From the NCBI GenBank assembly GCA_976551045.1, contig CDPCPM010000115.1:8122001-8186000 (forward strand): DNA of 64,000 bases, read 5' to 3'. Source of the DNA: Glaucostegus cemiculus. Taxonomy: Eukaryota. Of this stretch, positions 63,075-64,000 are shown piece after piece. The position numbers were made by a program, and so were the translations under genes. The notes under the pieces are model-generated. The model ran no database searches. It was not told the origin of the DNA and saw only the letters and a list, made by a program, of their open reading frames with translations. Position 1 is the first letter of the stretch; every line of letters starts with the position of its first letter.

Positions 63075-63400
63075 AGTCACTAAGAATCTTTCCCCCATGG
63101 TAAAGATGTCTAAAGCTCGAGGTCATTGGTTTAAGGTGAGGAGTAAGAGAGTCAGAAGGGATCTGAGGTAGTTTTTTTTCACCTAGAGGGTGATTGTAAT
63201 CTGGAACGCACTTCCTAGGGGAGGGGTGGAGGGAGAACCTCTCACAACATGTAAGAAGCATCTGGACAAGCACTTGAATCGACAAGGCTTAGTAGGCTAC
63301 CGACCAAGTGCTGGTAAGTGGGATTTGTATTTGACTGGCAGCACTAACATAGTGGGCTGAAGAGCCTGTTTCTGTGCTGTATGGCTCTATGACCCCATGA
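63075..63400 (+). mobile_element. CR1 3' fragment
   Basis: GGTTTAAGGTGAG..TTCACCTAGAGGGTG..TCTGGAACGCACTTCC..GCCTGTTTCTGTGCTGTATG. Confidence 0.85.
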
Positions 63401-64000
63401 CATAATATCAGTATCTTAACTTGCATGGGTTCAATTATCACATTGACAGGAGAGAGCTACGAGCAACCTTGACTGAGGAATAGGTCATATCTGCTTATGA
63501 AGATAAACGTTATCTGAGACAGTAAATCCCACCCCCTCTACCCCAATTATTAAGTTTCCTTTTGTACAGATGCAGGGAATGTGTTAATTCTTTCCTCAGT
63601 CATAGGTTGCCAAAAGATACTTAAATAACACCTTAAATAGTTTTTGATTCTGATGGCAATTTCTGCATCCTTTGGGGGAGGAAAGAGTCAGGTTAGAGTG
63701 TAAAATTTTAATCAAAGGCACTTAAGACATTCAGCTTTTCAGCTCTCGTGCTAATGCCTAAGGGCCAACAGTACAAAGACTTTATTCAGCCTGTGTCCCC
63801 TGTGTAATGTTTTCCCAGTTATTTTTTCAGCAACACTTGTATCTTAGTAAATCTTACGAGGGATCCAAAATGTAAAGCTAAACAGGCTGCGGATAACAAG
63901 CATATTTGAGAAAGTGCCATAAAAAAACCACAGCCAAGACTGTAGATCTGAGCACTAGAGTTTCTCATGCTGCACACTATACTTCTCAAAGACCCTGTTT

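Overview
This is AT-rich vertebrate DNA with no recognisable host protein-coding gene, rRNA, true tRNA gene or CRISPR array. The repeat spectrum (HE1-like tRNA-derived SINEs, Deu-domain SINEs, CR1 LINEs with an esterase-type ORF1, Penelope-like elements) points to a cartilaginous fish; that is an inference. The window is an intergenic or intronic mosaic of nested transposon relics: many CR1 fragments, one rearranged Tc1 (DD34E, IR/DR type), three LTRs with TG..CA ends and target-site duplications, Penelope-like elements, and Rex1-like, RTE and Gypsy-gag scraps, plus a degenerate minisatellite and one 150-N gap. Most ORFs in the supplied track are TE fragments or chance frames. The strongest unusual signals are: (1) a CR1 3' end at about 59140-59300 with clustered A-to-G change on the RNA strand and ADAR-like neighbour bias; (2) minimal hammerhead-ribozyme cores in the Penelope-type repeats; (3) an exact internal inversion in the Tc1 transposase; (4) a phase-consistent three-exon 80-aa orphan ORF at 31210-36800. 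Repeat family names come from recall of motifs, not from a database search. Boundaries of decayed repeats are approximate.
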